Assembly (NCBI GenBank): GCA_963790205.1
Contig: CAWBNQ010000002.1
Coordinates: forward strand, 32,001 to 96,000
Direction of reading: 5' to 3'
Length of the DNA: 64,000 nucleotides
Source: Nitrospirota bacterium
GTDB taxonomy: Bacteria; Nitrospirota; UBA9217
Positions 1 through 9,884 of this stretch are shown piece by piece; the first letter of the stretch is position 1; every line of letters starts with the position of its first letter. The notes beneath the pieces were generated by a model. It had not been told where the DNA came from. It ran no database searches and was given only the letters and a program-made list of their open reading frames with translations. Both the position numbers and the translations under genes were made by a program.

Positions 1-1
1 T

Positions 2-73
2 TATAAAAAGGAAGAAACCGAAGATATCTACAGCGATTCCATCCACCTGCCGGTCACGGCCTGTCACTCCTGA
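2..73 (+). CDS. probable 3' end of a gene entering from outside the window
   Basis: Open frame YKKEETEDIYSDSIHLPVTACHS* from the window edge to TGA at 71-73. Confidence 0.4.
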   Translation, partial: YKKEETEDIYSDSIHLPVTACHS

Positions 74-259
74 AAGCCGGTATGGTAAACCGTCCGGTCG
101 GACGGCAAAAGAACCATACATTCATCGCGCAGATGACGCATCCAACTGTTCTTTTCCCTGACGCCGTTCGATATTCTTCGGGAATCATTTACTGCGGATA
201 GCAGCTGCGAGGCGTCTGCCCGAATCGTTCTCTGCAGTTGCTGCTTCCCCGGTCATCGT

Positions 260-2203
260 TTATCGTTCGGCATCCAGGACCTCCCGTATTTTCAACAGAA
301 GGGTCGTGGGCGAGGCAGGTTTCGGGAGGAAGAAGCGCCCCGGCTCCATGACACCCTTTTGGCTGACGAAATCGGCGGTATACCCGCTGGTAAAAAGGAC
401 CATGATCTCCGGCGCCATCTTTTTGATCTCATCGTAGGCATCCTTGCCGTTTTTCCTGGGCATGATCACATCGAGGACAAGAAGCCGGATGTCATCCTTA
501 TGGTCCCTGAACAGGCGTACCGCTTCCTCTCCGTCCCGGGCGACAATGACCCGGTATCCGTACTCCTCGAGCACCGCCCGGTTCAGCCTTCTCAGATACT
601 CATCGTCCTCGGCCATCAGGATCGTCTCAGACCCTTTTTTCGCGGGCATTACAACGGCAGGCTCGACCTCATCGGCGGGCGACAGGATCAGGGGAAGATA
701 GATGTTGAACCTCGCGCCTTTGCCGGGCTCGCTGATGCAGTCGACATAGCCGTTGTTCTGCTTCACGATCCCGTACACGATGGACAGGCCCAGCCCGGTC
801 CCCTTGCCCGTCTCCTTGGTGGTGAAAAAGGGCTCGAAGATCCGCTCCCGGGTATGCCTCTCCATGCCGGTGCCGGTATCGGTCACCGCTATGACCGCGT
901 ACGGCCCCGGCTTCCCGTAGCCGTGAAGTCTCAAAAAGGCATCGTCGATGATCGTTGACTTCGTCCGGATCGTCAGCGCGCCGCCTTCCGGCATGGCATC
1001 GCGGGCGTTTGTTGCCAGGTTGAGGAGCACCTGTTCCATCTGCCCGCGGTCCGCCATGACCGTCAATTTTTCCTCGGCATAGGAGGTCTTGAACTCGATG
1101 TCCTCCCCGATGACCCGCAGCAGCAGTTTCTCGATGTTCCCGATCACGTCGTTCAGGACGAGCGGCTTGGGATCGATGATCTGCTTCCGGCTGAACGCGA
1201 GGAGGCTTTTGGTGAGGTTCGCGGCCCGGTTCGCCGCGGCAAGGACTTCGATCGTGTAATGGCTGAGTTGCGCGTCGCTGCCGGTCTTTTCCCTGATCAG
1301 CGATCCGTATCCGATAATGGCCGAGAGGATGTTGTTGAAATCGTGGGCGATACCGCCGGCGAGGAGCCCCACCGCTTCCATTTTCTGAGAGTGGAGCAGT
1401 TGCTCTTCGAGCTTCTTTTTCTCGGTAACGTTATTAATGATCTCGATGGCCGCGGTCACGGCCCCCGACGCGTCCCGCAGGGGAAAGCTCCTGGTCTCCA
1501 CATTGAGCGGCTCGCCCTTGCTGTTCCGGTGAACATGGACCTCCGCGTGCGGCCCGCCCGTTTCGAACGTGCGCTTTACCGCGCAGGCGTGATCTGTACT
1601 ATCTCCCGCGAAACAGGGCAGGGGGCTGGAGTGGGAGACCTCGTGGCACTTCCTGCCGAGGATATCATCATGGCTGATCCCCACCTGGGCACAGTATGCC
1701 TTGTTCGCGGAGATGATCTGGTAGTCGCGGTCGATGACGATGAACCCCTCATCTATGGTCTCGAGGATGTTCCGGATGAAGGCCTCGGCGTTCTTCCGCT
1801 TGGTGATGTCCCGGAAGGTCCCGTAGATCACCCGCTTCCCGTGCAGGCTGAGCTCCTGGTCGTAGAGCTCCACCGGGACCTCGGCGCCGTCGGAGCGCAG
1901 CACGACGGATTCCACGGGAGGGCCGCTGTTCTGCGTGGCTGCCCTCTCGATGTGTTCGAGGAACCTGTCATCGAACCCTTGCTTCAACCGCGGAGAATGC
2001 AGCTGCTTCTGATGGAGCCCGATGATGCGTTCGCGCGGCATGAGCAAAAGCCGGCTTGCCGCCGGATTGGCGTCGATAATGACGCCCGTCTCGGCGTCGA
2101 TGAGGAAAGCCGCGTCAAGAGCGCTCGCAAACAGGGCACGGAACCGTTCCTCGCTCTCCTGCAGCGAGAGCTCAACAGCATGAAGTCGCTCGTTCACGTT
2201 CAT
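260..2203 (-). CDS. PAS-PAS hybrid sensor histidine kinase/response regulator
   Basis: Two PAS-like domains, H-box [12 protein letters not shown]-box [11 protein letters not shown]-boxes DTGTGM and GTGLGL, C-terminal receiver ([11 protein letters not shown]). Confidence 0.95.
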   Translation of the reverse strand: MNVNERLHAVELSLQESEERFRALFASALDAAFLIDAETGVIIDANPAASRLLLMPRERIIGLHQKQLHSPRLKQGFDDRFLEHIERAATQNSGPPVESVVLRSDGAEVPVELYDQELSLHGKRVIYGTFRDITKRKNAEAFIRNILETIDEGFIVIDRDYQIISANKAYCAQVGISHDDILGRKCHEVSHSSPLPCFAGDSTDHACAVKRTFETGGPHAEVHVHRNSKGEPLNVETRSFPLRDASGAVTAAIEIINNVTEKKKLEEQLLHSQKMEAVGLLAGGIAHDFNNILSAIIGYGSLIREKTGSDAQLSHYTIEVLAAANRAANLTKSLLAFSRKQIIDPKPLVLNDVIGNIEKLLLRVIGEDIEFKTSYAEEKLTVMADRGQMEQVLLNLATNARDAMPEGGALTIRTKSTIIDDAFLRLHGYGKPGPYAVIAVTDTGTGMERHTRERIFEPFFTTKETGKGTGLGLSIVYGIVKQNNGYVDCISEPGKGARFNIYLPLILSPADEVEPAVVMPAKKGSETILMAEDDEYLRRLNRAVLEEYGYRVIVARDGEEAVRLFRDHKDDIRLLVLDVIMPRKNGKDAYDEIKKMAPEIMVLFTSGYTADFVSQKGVMEPGRFFLPKPASPTTLLLKIREVLDAER

Positions 2204-2479
2204 ATGATGGATATGACTTTCAATGGGCTATGATAGTGCATGTGATAGTGATGACAACAATCCATGACAGATTGGTGTGGACCCTAAGCTATACTACCAA
2301 AATAGTATAAAAAAATCCAACAAAATTTTGCACAAAACAACCGTTTTGTGATTAGTTTACAAGTTTTAAATGTGTGCAACAAGGTCATGGTGAAAGGAAA
2401 AGGTGAGAGTATTGCTCGCTGATGTAATCGTCGAACAACGTTGCTTTTGATGTGGTCCGGTCCAGAACCGGTTGCCGGG

Positions 2480-3802
2480 TTATACTTTTATATTCAGCAT
2501 CGGCAGGCCCAAACGCTGTCTTTTGTTTTCTCCCGTAAATAAACTTTCCCTTCTCGCCGGAACATCGCCGCGCCCGCCCTCGTGCTGGGCCTGCAGTTTC
2601 ACGGGCAGGCTTGCGGCATGCTGGACCGCGTGTTTGCCGAACTTCCCGGACAGCTCGTCCACACAGTCATAGATCCTGGCCATCTTTTCGATCTTCGCCG
2701 TGTCGTCGAACAGGGAGTACTGCATGCCTGCCTCGGGCACGATGCCCGCGAGCACGACCCCCGTTTGGCGGTAGAGCGTGCGGGGCAGGAAGAGCTGTTG
2801 AAAGCCTTCCCGACGCGGGCCGAAGAGCTCTCCGGGATAGGCAGTTGGACGGCTGAGTTTTATCTCGACGCCGCTGCCCGTAAAATCCTGCTTTCGTAAA
2901 AAGACCACGAGCCGCGAGGCGGCCAGCTTGTAGCGCCGCGCCTTGAAGCAGGCATTCTCGAGGTTCTTCGAGACCTGGGCGAATAGAAAGGTCTCGTCCT
3001 GCGAGGGAGGGGTGAAGGTCTTTGCCTTGCTGATGGACTGGTAGGTGTTCTTCGATTCAACGACAACGGGGTACATGCTCCTGCCGTTCAACTCGTGCCA
3101 GATCTCGCGGTACGGCTTGGAAAGGTTCTGTTCGATGAACCGTTCATCCTTGCGCGCGAACTGCAGGGCGGTCCTGATCCCGTGCTTATCGAGGAAGGCT
3201 GCCGTGTTCGGACCGATGCCCCAGACCTTTTCCACGGGAAGTTTTTCGAGATAGAGATGGATGTCCAGGCCCGGGATCACGGTGAGGCCGTTCGGCTTTT
3301 TGTGCTTGGAGCCGATCTTGGCAAGGACCTTGGAGAGGCTCACCCCGGCGGACACGGTGATCCCCAGCTCGGTCTCGATGGTCCTGCGCATCTTCTCAGC
3401 GATCATGGAGTAGGGTCCGTGAAAGCACCGCCTGAGGCCCGTGAGATCGACAAAGGCCTCGTCAATGGAGTATTCTTCCACGTCCGGAGAGAAGCGCCTG
3501 AGGATCTCGAACATGCGGACCGAAAAGAGGCTGTAGGTCTCGTAATCCGAGGGGAGGATGACGGCGTCGGGACAGATCCTCTTCACGTCCGAGAGCCTCA
3601 CCCCGCGCGAGACGCCGCGGGCCTTGGCCTCGTAGCTCGCCGCGGCCACGATCCCGCGCTCCTTGCCGCAGATTACCGGTCTGCCCTTGAGCTCGGGATG
3701 GATCGCCTGTTCGCAGGACGCGAAGAACGCGTCGGCGTCGATGTGGAGGATGGCCTGGGGCCAGGAAGAGATCGTCAAAGGCTGAGTGTTCATGTGGTTC
3801 AC
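2480..3802 (-). CDS. dinB: Y-family DNA polymerase IV (DinB/UmuC-like)
   Basis: HIDADAFFASCEQ, AASYEAKARGV, YSIDEAF and VWGIGP motifs. Start may be 3793. Confidence 0.92.
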   Translation of the reverse strand: MNHMNTQPLTISSWPQAILHIDADAFFASCEQAIHPELKGRPVICGKERGIVAAASYEAKARGVSRGVRLSDVKRICPDAVILPSDYETYSLFSVRMFEILRRFSPDVEEYSIDEAFVDLTGLRRCFHGPYSMIAEKMRRTIETELGITVSAGVSLSKVLAKIGSKHKKPNGLTVIPGLDIHLYLEKLPVEKVWGIGPNTAAFLDKHGIRTALQFARKDERFIEQNLSKPYREIWHELNGRSMYPVVVESKNTYQSISKAKTFTPPSQDETFLFAQVSKNLENACFKARRYKLAASRLVVFLRKQDFTGSGVEIKLSRPTAYPGELFGPRREGFQQLFLPRTLYRQTGVVLAGIVPEAGMQYSLFDDTAKIEKMARIYDCVDELSGKFGKHAVQHAASLPVKLQAQHEGGRGDVPARRESLFTGENKRQRLGLPMLNIKV

Positions 3803-3865
3803 ACGGAGATACGAAGAAGGTCAGGTTATGCACGGTGCATTCGCAGCTTTTTTACAGTTTTTTTC

Positions 3866-3903
3866 GTCATTCCTGCCCCGGCCTCAATCATGCTGGGGCA
3901 GGC
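3866..3903. repeat. REP-like palindrome, left flank of IS630
   Basis: GTCATT followed by hairpin CCTGCCCCGG-N-CTGGGGCAGG; same GTCATTCC head as the repeat at 5043. Confidence 0.5.
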
Positions 3904-3919
3904 TTAAGTAAACGCCGTA

Positions 3920-5030
3920 TACTAATACAAACGCACTAAGTAATGTTACAAAGTCGCCTGACTTTGTGCTTTGACCACGAGTCAAGCGTCCTTTGGACCG
4001 TTGCCCAGATTGCGTCAAGGTTATCGAACCACCGGTTGGTAGTTGATTCATAGCGAATCTGGCGCCATATGCGTTCCTGCATATTCAAGGCAGGCTGATA
4101 TGGTGGTAAGTACACAATCCGGAGTCGTTTATGCTTTCTGAGAAACTCCCGGATTGGGTCACCCCTATGCCAACGAGCTCGGTCAACATACAGCCAGATA
4201 GTGTAGCCACGAAGCTGGCTATAAAGGTGCCGCAGCACTTTGAGAAAACCTTCTCGGTTGCCACGTTCCGTTTGGATGACGCCGGCACGAGCCAGAAGAG
4301 GAGCCACCCAGCCGGAAACATTCAAACGTTTCTGATGCTGGCTGGTTGTCGGCACTTTCAACCGTTTCCCGATGAGCGCCCAGCCGCGGCCAAGCCGAGG
4401 GTGCAGAGTAAAACCGCATTCGTCCTGAAAAACCACAGTTTCTTTAGGACCCAGCGTTTTGAGTTTTTTTTAGGCTCCTGGCAAACTTCTTCGCGTCTTC
4501 TGCCTTTGCCTGGAGATAAACGTGATTGGCTCGCTTTAACCGATACCCAAGTTGATGCATCCAGTATTGGGCCTGACGGACTTTCAGCTTTATCCCGAAC
4601 TGGCGCTGTAAATGAGTTGCCAAAGTGGGGCCATCCCATCGAATACGATTTAAGCCGAACTTCTGGGGCGATTCCTCCAGTTGAAGCTCTAGCTGAGCTA
4701 CGATCTTAGGAGTCATCCGAACTGGACGGCCTGACTGCTTTTTCGGGACAAGGGCTTCTACTCCGTCCTTGTTTACCGCCCGCGTCCAGCGGTTTACGTT
4801 CATCCGGGTCTGGCCTAGGACTTCTGAGATCCACCCCGGTCGTTGACCCTCCATTACCAAGAGGAGGGTAGCTATCTTTATGCCGATCCAAGCTCCTGGC
4901 ACCTTCTCTGCGAGGGCCAGCAATTGCTCTTTGGACACCTTTATTGGGCTTGCAGGGGATGTTTTCATGCCCCCAGAATAACATAAAGTATGGTTAAAGT
5001 GTAACAATATTTACTGCGTTTGTATTAGTA
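3920..5030 (-). mobile_element. IS630-family insertion sequence (about 1.1 kb)
   Basis: 31-bp terminal inverted repeats including TA (3920-3950 TACTAATACAAACGCACTAAGTAATGTTACA versus 5000-5030, 3 mismatches), TA at both ends, split HTH + DDE transposase. Confidence 0.93.
3936..4968 (-). CDS. IS630 transposase in two frames joined by a +1 shift at an A8 run
   Basis: OrfA 4968-4444 is the HTH region (WDGPTL, LGYRLKR). OrfB has FQDE, VDRARWH and LPPYQPALNMQE. A8 run at 4464-4471 (T8 on +). Confidence 0.88.
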
Positions 5031-5042
5031 ATGCCTTATGCC

Positions 5043-5115
5043 GTCATTCCGGACTTGATCCGGAATCCAGCGCCTTTTTATGCAAATTCTGGATTCCTGC
5101 CTTCGCAGGAATGAC
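5043..5115. repeat. REP-like inverted doublet
   Basis: GTCATTCCGGACTTGATCCGGAATCCAG ... CTGGATTCCTGCCTTCGCAGGAATGAC: two hairpins in inverted orientation. Confidence 0.75.
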
Positions 5116-5170
5116 ATACGTGAAGGTGTACAGATTATTATGAGACCAGTGATAACATGCAGGCTGAGCG

Positions 5171-5512
5171 TTATTCCTGCCGATCTTGGAGCCGGTCAAG
5201 CCGGTCCTGATAGAAAGAACGGCAGTCTTCGTTCAGCTCTTCGATCTTCAATATTCCTCCTGCCAGGGCAAGCATGACCGCCATGTCCGGGTCGCCGGTC
5301 GCATATTGTTTATACAGCTCTCTCGCCGTACCGTTATGATACTCATGGATGCGCTCGTCAAGATCGAAGGGACCCATCCCGCCTTGTTTCCATTTTTGGA
5401 ACGACGCGAGCAGCTTGTCCAGGGCCGCGGCCAGCTCCCGTCCGTACGCCACGCCCGCCATTTCCCGGATGTGTTTTTTTTGCTTCTTCGTCAGTTCATC
5501 CCAATGGCGCAT
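5171..5512 (-). CDS. hypothetical protein (113 aa)
   Basis: Clean ORF directly downstream of the SWIM gene, same strand. Confidence 0.75.
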   Translation of the reverse strand: MRHWDELTKKQKKHIREMAGVAYGRELAAALDKLLASFQKWKQGGMGPFDLDERIHEYHNGTARELYKQYATGDPDMAVMLALAGGILKIEELNEDCRSFYQDRLDRLQDRQE

Positions 5513-5533
5513 AGGACGGCCCCGGTGCTTAGA

Positions 5534-7267
5534 TCATTTTATTCTGTCGAGCAGTTTTATGAGATTCCTCTTCTGCTTGTGCGCTACTCGCACTCCGAGC
5601 AGATAGTCAGCGAACTCTTTGTCCTGTTTCAAACGATTCATCAGGCCCTGTATCTTCCGGAGCAGCGTTGCCGCTTCTTCGTAGGCCCGGTTGTCTTTCC
5701 TGTTGACGATGGGGTCGATCCGTTTCCGGTAAACCTCGATTGCCTCAGCAGGATGGTCCTTTTCCCTGCCCGCGGCAAGCTTCATCCAGAGCCGCTCGGA
5801 ACAGCCGCCCTCTTTTGCCTCGCGCCATGCGGCATCAGGGTCCTTCTCCCACAGAAAAATCTCGACCAGAAGGGAATGGTCAGGCGCGAAGGCCCAGGAT
5901 TTTGAGGCGCGCTTCTGTTTTTCCTTCGCGATCGCTACCCTGATAAAAGAGATCGCCTTTTCCCGCCACGCGGGCCATTGGCCGGGCCGGTCCGCGTGAC
6001 TCTTCAGGTCGCGGTAGGTTTCCAAAACGGCATGTTCCGCGAAGTTCAGCCATATGAGTTTCATGGCATCGTCGTGACGTTTTCCCCGGTGATACTCGGA
6101 AGCCAGGAAGTCCCGAAGACGGGAATCCGTTCGCGTGGGAAAGGCCTTCAGTCCCGCCTCGGCCCATTCCAGTGCTTTATCATGCTTGCCTGACTTCTTG
6201 TACAGCTCGGCAATCTGGAGATAATGGTAAGCATAAGAGAGGTCCTTTTCCCTGACCTCCACCATGGCCTCAACGTCGCCGGTCAACTCCGCAAGGGTCT
6301 CCATGATATGGGTGATGTTGAAACGGCGATGAGAACGCTCTCCCTCCTCCTTTCCCGGGCCGAGCTGTTTGAGCTTTTTCCATTTCTCCTCCGCCAAGTC
6401 GCGATAAACAGCCAGCCCTTTTTCGCCGAGCAGGGAAGCATACGTCTTGGCCGCGCCGTAAAACGCCTCCCAGTCGCTGTTCACTTCTTTTTCGAACAGC
6501 CGCTTTGCCAGCTGTACCGGATCGGGCCTAGCCTTGCTGCAGGCGGCAAGATGGAGCTCGTGCAGCCGATAGAGGATATCGCCCATCTCGCCGTTCGAAT
6601 CATCAACCGATTGGAGCGCGGCCTCAACTCCCTCGATGGCGTATTCGGCAAGCTCGATGACGTCCGCTGCCTGACCGTCTTTTATCATGCTTTCCAGCGT
6701 GTCAAGGACGTTGTCGACATTCCCTGCGTACTCCCGCATGGAGTAGTAGTCGATGAAGCCTCCGGGATCGATCGCGTTCGCGATGATTTTTTTTATTGCA
6801 TGGAGGTTTCGTCCGCCTTGCATCTTTTTCGCGGCCTGCATGAACAGCTTTTCACGCAGAAGGTCGTCATCCTGCGCCCGCTGCATGATCATGTTGATGA
6901 GCGTGTCCTTGTCAAGGGATTCGAGATGGCCCTTCACGTCTTTCATTGACACTTCAGCAGGAGAGCCCTTTCGCTTTATTGTTCCCTTGCTGTTGTTCCC
7001 CGTTTCGAGCCACGCAAGCCCGACCGCCACGCAGTGTTTGCAGAATATGTCTTCATCGCCCATCGGACAGGTGCAGGAGTGTTCGAGCGCGCCATCGTTC
7101 TGCCGGAGTTTAACACTATACGTATGGGTCCCCTTGACCTTAGCCGTGATCGTTCCCTCGTACTCGGACAGAGACCGGACCAGTCCACGGGTGAAATACT
7201 GTTCGCCGCGGTCAAAGGACCGCGGATCGGCGAGACGGCGGAGGGTAGTAAGGGTAATCGATTTCAT
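5534..7267 (-). CDS. SWIM zinc-finger protein with helical/TPR-like C-terminus
   Basis: CTCP-x6-CKHCVAV SWIM motif, followed by long helical repeats. Confidence 0.88.
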   Translation of the reverse strand: MKSITLTTLRRLADPRSFDRGEQYFTRGLVRSLSEYEGTITAKVKGTHTYSVKLRQNDGALEHSCTCPMGDEDIFCKHCVAVGLAWLETGNNSKGTIKRKGSPAEVSMKDVKGHLESLDKDTLINMIMQRAQDDDLLREKLFMQAAKKMQGGRNLHAIKKIIANAIDPGGFIDYYSMREYAGNVDNVLDTLESMIKDGQAADVIELAEYAIEGVEAALQSVDDSNGEMGDILYRLHELHLAACSKARPDPVQLAKRLFEKEVNSDWEAFYGAAKTYASLLGEKGLAVYRDLAEEKWKKLKQLGPGKEEGERSHRRFNITHIMETLAELTGDVEAMVEVREKDLSYAYHYLQIAELYKKSGKHDKALEWAEAGLKAFPTRTDSRLRDFLASEYHRGKRHDDAMKLIWLNFAEHAVLETYRDLKSHADRPGQWPAWREKAISFIRVAIAKEKQKRASKSWAFAPDHSLLVEIFLWEKDPDAAWREAKEGGCSERLWMKLAAGREKDHPAEAIEVYRKRIDPIVNRKDNRAYEEAATLLRKIQGLMNRLKQDKEFADYLLGVRVAHKQKRNLIKLLDRIK

Positions 7268-7301
7268 GAAATTCCTTTAACGGGCAAGGGGATAAGCCAA
7301 A

Positions 7302-7361
7302 GATTAACACGCGGCTGACGCGCCGCCTTCTGGCGCGTCGCTGTCGAGCCGCAGGTTGAAA
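7302..7361 (-). other. integron attC recombination site (60 bp)
   Basis: Minus strand reads TTTCAAC-CTGCG-GCTCGAC...GTCAGC-CGCGT-GTTAATC: R'' AAC, R' GTT, L''/L' pairing with one extrahelical base, central hairpin. Begins immediately after the stop codon at 7362. Confidence 0.85.
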
Positions 7362-8420
7362 TCACTTTTTGGGAACTCCTTCAGGGTAGTCAAGGAGCAG
7401 TAAGGCGATATTGCAAATACTGAATAGCAAGTAACGTATTTCATGGACATCCGGTGATGATTTGCCGTGACCTGCTTCGTCTCCGCGATGTGCCGATAGC
7501 TTTATCATCGTGTCATGAATGGTCGGATGAAGTAAAGAATAATATTTTTTTAGAAAAGTTCTATCAAATTTAAAATTACTATCTCCCGTCAATGCTCGTG
7601 CTATTTCTTCAAGACTTTTAAACGCCGATATAAAAACGCTATCTAAGCTGTCACCAGTTAACGTTCTATGATAAGAATCTACGAGTTCTGTTGCCCGTTC
7701 TGGATACAACTTATAGAGACGAGGCAAGAGATTATTGATTACGGCATCGCGTAATAACGGCTCTTCCATCGGAATAATCTCAGGTGGCATTCCTTGTATG
7801 TCTAGAAGAAGGCTCGCCTCAGCAAAAAAACGCCTGATGTCACTTATGAGATCGGCAACCCATTCTGAATGGTTTAGCGATATTAGTATTGATTCAAGGA
7901 CTGTTAGACGGTCTCTATAAATTTCAGAATAATACAAGTGTGCTCTTTTTTGGGTAACGTCTTTTAATTCTGTCTCTGCATCTCGAACGTTTTGATCTAA
8001 TTCGTTTAGTTCGTCGTCTTTATTTTTAGCCGTACGTGCGATATTGAATTTCAGCATTTTTTGTGAGCTTATCAACTGATTGAACTTTGTTTGGGCATCC
8101 TTTATTGCTTTGTCGCTCTGTAATTGAGTTGAGCATTCATTAATGATTGCATTTTTCGCAAAGTATATTTTAAGTTGCAATGCCAAGCCTAGTTTTCTTT
8201 CATGACGAAACCGCTGAAAACTTTTTGTTTCCAGCATATCCCCATAGTGCATCAAATTCGCGAGGCCCGATTCGTATAGAAAAAATCGCTCAAGCCGTTG
8301 TGAAACGCGATCAAAAAATAGTGTGAAGTCGCCGAGTATGTTGATTTCCTTATTACGCAGAAACCACGGAACATAATTTCCCCAGCGTGGATCTGTTAAG
8401 TCGATTCTTTGTTCATTCAT
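7362..8420 (-). CDS. low-GC gene-cassette protein: coiled coil plus putative C-terminal HEPN/Abi-like domain
   Basis: Visibly AT-rich relative to its flanks. C-terminal pattern AFKSLEEIARAL...RGDEAGHG (R-x5-H). Followed by attC. Confidence 0.75.
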   Translation of the reverse strand: MNEQRIDLTDPRWGNYVPWFLRNKEINILGDFTLFFDRVSQRLERFFLYESGLANLMHYGDMLETKSFQRFRHERKLGLALQLKIYFAKNAIINECSTQLQSDKAIKDAQTKFNQLISSQKMLKFNIARTAKNKDDELNELDQNVRDAETELKDVTQKRAHLYYSEIYRDRLTVLESILISLNHSEWVADLISDIRRFFAEASLLLDIQGMPPEIIPMEEPLLRDAVINNLLPRLYKLYPERATELVDSYHRTLTGDSLDSVFISAFKSLEEIARALTGDSNFKFDRTFLKKYYSLLHPTIHDTMIKLSAHRGDEAGHGKSSPDVHEIRYLLFSICNIALLLLDYPEGVPKK

Positions 8421-8490
8421 GGTTATGCACCCGATAGTTGATCATAATTACTTTTCGAACCAACAAGTTATTGACTAGACGGAAACTGCT

Positions 8491-8607
8491 ATCTACATAT
8501 ATATAGAAATATCTACCGCTATATACATCCATCTACCCGTAGATATCTGCGATATATCTACGGGTAGATGGTTTTTCAGTTTATCAGGAACTCTGCGACA
8601 TATCTAC
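8491..8607. repeat. ATCTAC/GTAGAT repeat array with an 18-bp perfect inverted repeat
   Basis: ATCTAC-like hexamers at 8491, 8501 (ATATAG), 8511, 8521 (ATATAC), 8531, 8556 and 8602. Inverted repeat 8529-8546 / 8554-8571. Confidence 0.85.
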
Positions 8608-8940
8608 CTGTATATGCTTTTCCAGTGGCGTGCCCGCGATTTTTCCGTATTTCACGAACCAGAGTTTCTTCTCAGGATTCCATCTGCCGCCTGCCGCTTT
8701 GGCCTGGAACCGCATCGGCATGTCGGAGGCATCGATGCGCAGGGACACAAGCGTGTCCGCGGTATAGTGCGAAGGGGGCGGCGTCCAGTCGGCCCTTTCG
8801 ACGACCAGCTCGACCGTTTTGAGCCGCTGCCGCAGCTTCTCGTCATACCGGAAGCGGACGCACAACAGGGCGTCACCATACTTCTTCTCCAGGCTTTTCG
8901 TACCAGGCCGCCCCGGTTTTAGGATCAGTCGTGTTTTCAC
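8584..8940 (-). CDS. small basic hypothetical protein (118 aa)
   Basis: GTG start with GGAGG RBS; MKTRLILKPGRPGTKSL...CVRFRYD...KTVELVVE...GGRWNPEKKLW. Confidence 0.8.
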   Translation of the reverse strand: MKTRLILKPGRPGTKSLEKKYGDALLCVRFRYDEKLRQRLKTVELVVERADWTPPPSHYTADTLVSLRIDASDMPMRFQAKAAGGRWNPEKKLWFVKYGKIAGTPLEKHIQVDMSQSS

Positions 8941-8981
8941 CGTGCCTCCGCCGCTATCGTGTTCGCTTCACGCTCGCGCAG

Positions 8982-9296
8982 CTACTTCGCTTGCCCCGTT
9001 TGCACAATAACGCATGCCGATTCGATTATTCTCCGGAAATTCTCCTGTGTCTCCGCCCAGTCCACGATATCCACCTTGAACGGCAGATCGGATTCTCTGA
9101 AGGCATCCTTTAAATCTGCCAGTATCGAGGCGGGCATGGATTCGCTGCCCATGACTGCGAGGTCCAGGTCGGAGAAGGGTTTGACCTTTCCGGCTACCCG
9201 GGAGCCGAAGGCCCGTACTTCCCGGTCGGGAATATAACGGCGGAGGATTGCCTGGACCTCTTTCAGATCAGCGGGTTTTATGTTGAGCTCAGGCAC
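8982..9296 (-). CDS. minimal nucleotidyltransferase (MNT antitoxin, HI0073-like)
   Basis: FGSR...SDLDLAV with intact DxD, plus KVDIVD. GTG start overlaps the end of the HEPN gene. Confidence 0.9.
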   Translation of the reverse strand: MPELNIKPADLKEVQAILRRYIPDREVRAFGSRVAGKVKPFSDLDLAVMGSESMPASILADLKDAFRESDLPFKVDIVDWAETQENFRRIIESACVIVQTGQAK

Positions 9297-9708
9297 GGTT
9301 GCGTCGCTCCAGTTCCGCCAGCAGCTGGCGGACATCGTTCCGAAAATCCTTCAGAACGCTCACAATCTGTTCGGCTTTTGCCTGATCGTAGGTGTGGCTG
9401 GTGATGTTGCGTTTCTCCCGATAGTCCCGGTACCGCGCGATGTCCGCGATCAATCCGGCTTCCGCGCCGGTCCTGATCACGTCCATATAGCCCATGGTAT
9501 CTATGGCCGCCGGGTCGGCGGACATTTGTTCGAGCTGTCGTTTCAGCATTTTGAACGCCAATTCGTGGGTGAATTCGAAGGCCTGGATCGCGGCGGCGCG
9601 GAATTGCTCGCGCAGATCAGGGTCCTTTGCCAGGTCCGATGCGAGAAATTTCAAGCTCTTTTCCAGGGCTGTCAGTGCATTGCGCAAGGATGATACATCA
9701 AGCGTCAT
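9289..9708 (-). CDS. HEPN toxin / nucleotidyltransferase substrate-binding protein (HI0074-like)
   Basis: IQAFEFTHELAFK and RNITSHTY (intact R-x4-H). Confidence 0.9.
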   Translation of the reverse strand: MTLDVSSLRNALTALEKSLKFLASDLAKDPDLREQFRAAAIQAFEFTHELAFKMLKRQLEQMSADPAAIDTMGYMDVIRTGAEAGLIADIARYRDYREKRNITSHTYDQAKAEQIVSVLKDFRNDVRQLLAELERRNRA

Positions 9709-9884
9709 AGGTATTCCTCCAGGTGAAGGTCGTGAGGGGGAGAATGCGTTTTTTGAGCCGCGTCCGCATCGTAATCAGCTTATCATCGTTCAATCTTTTC
9801 CGCAAGATGGAACTTTTCATTTCCGGTTAAAACAAAAATGAAGCGTCTCGCGCAAAGCCGTATCAAGAACAAAATCTTATATTC

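Noticed and set aside
5116..5533. Further attC sites after the SWIM or 113-aa genes
   Set aside because: No AAC...GTT hairpin with attC geometry was found, so only one cassette is supported.
8491..8571. Possible CRISPR array or terminator
   Set aside because: Units are 6 bp with 4-bp gaps, there are no unique spacers, and no cas genes are in the window.
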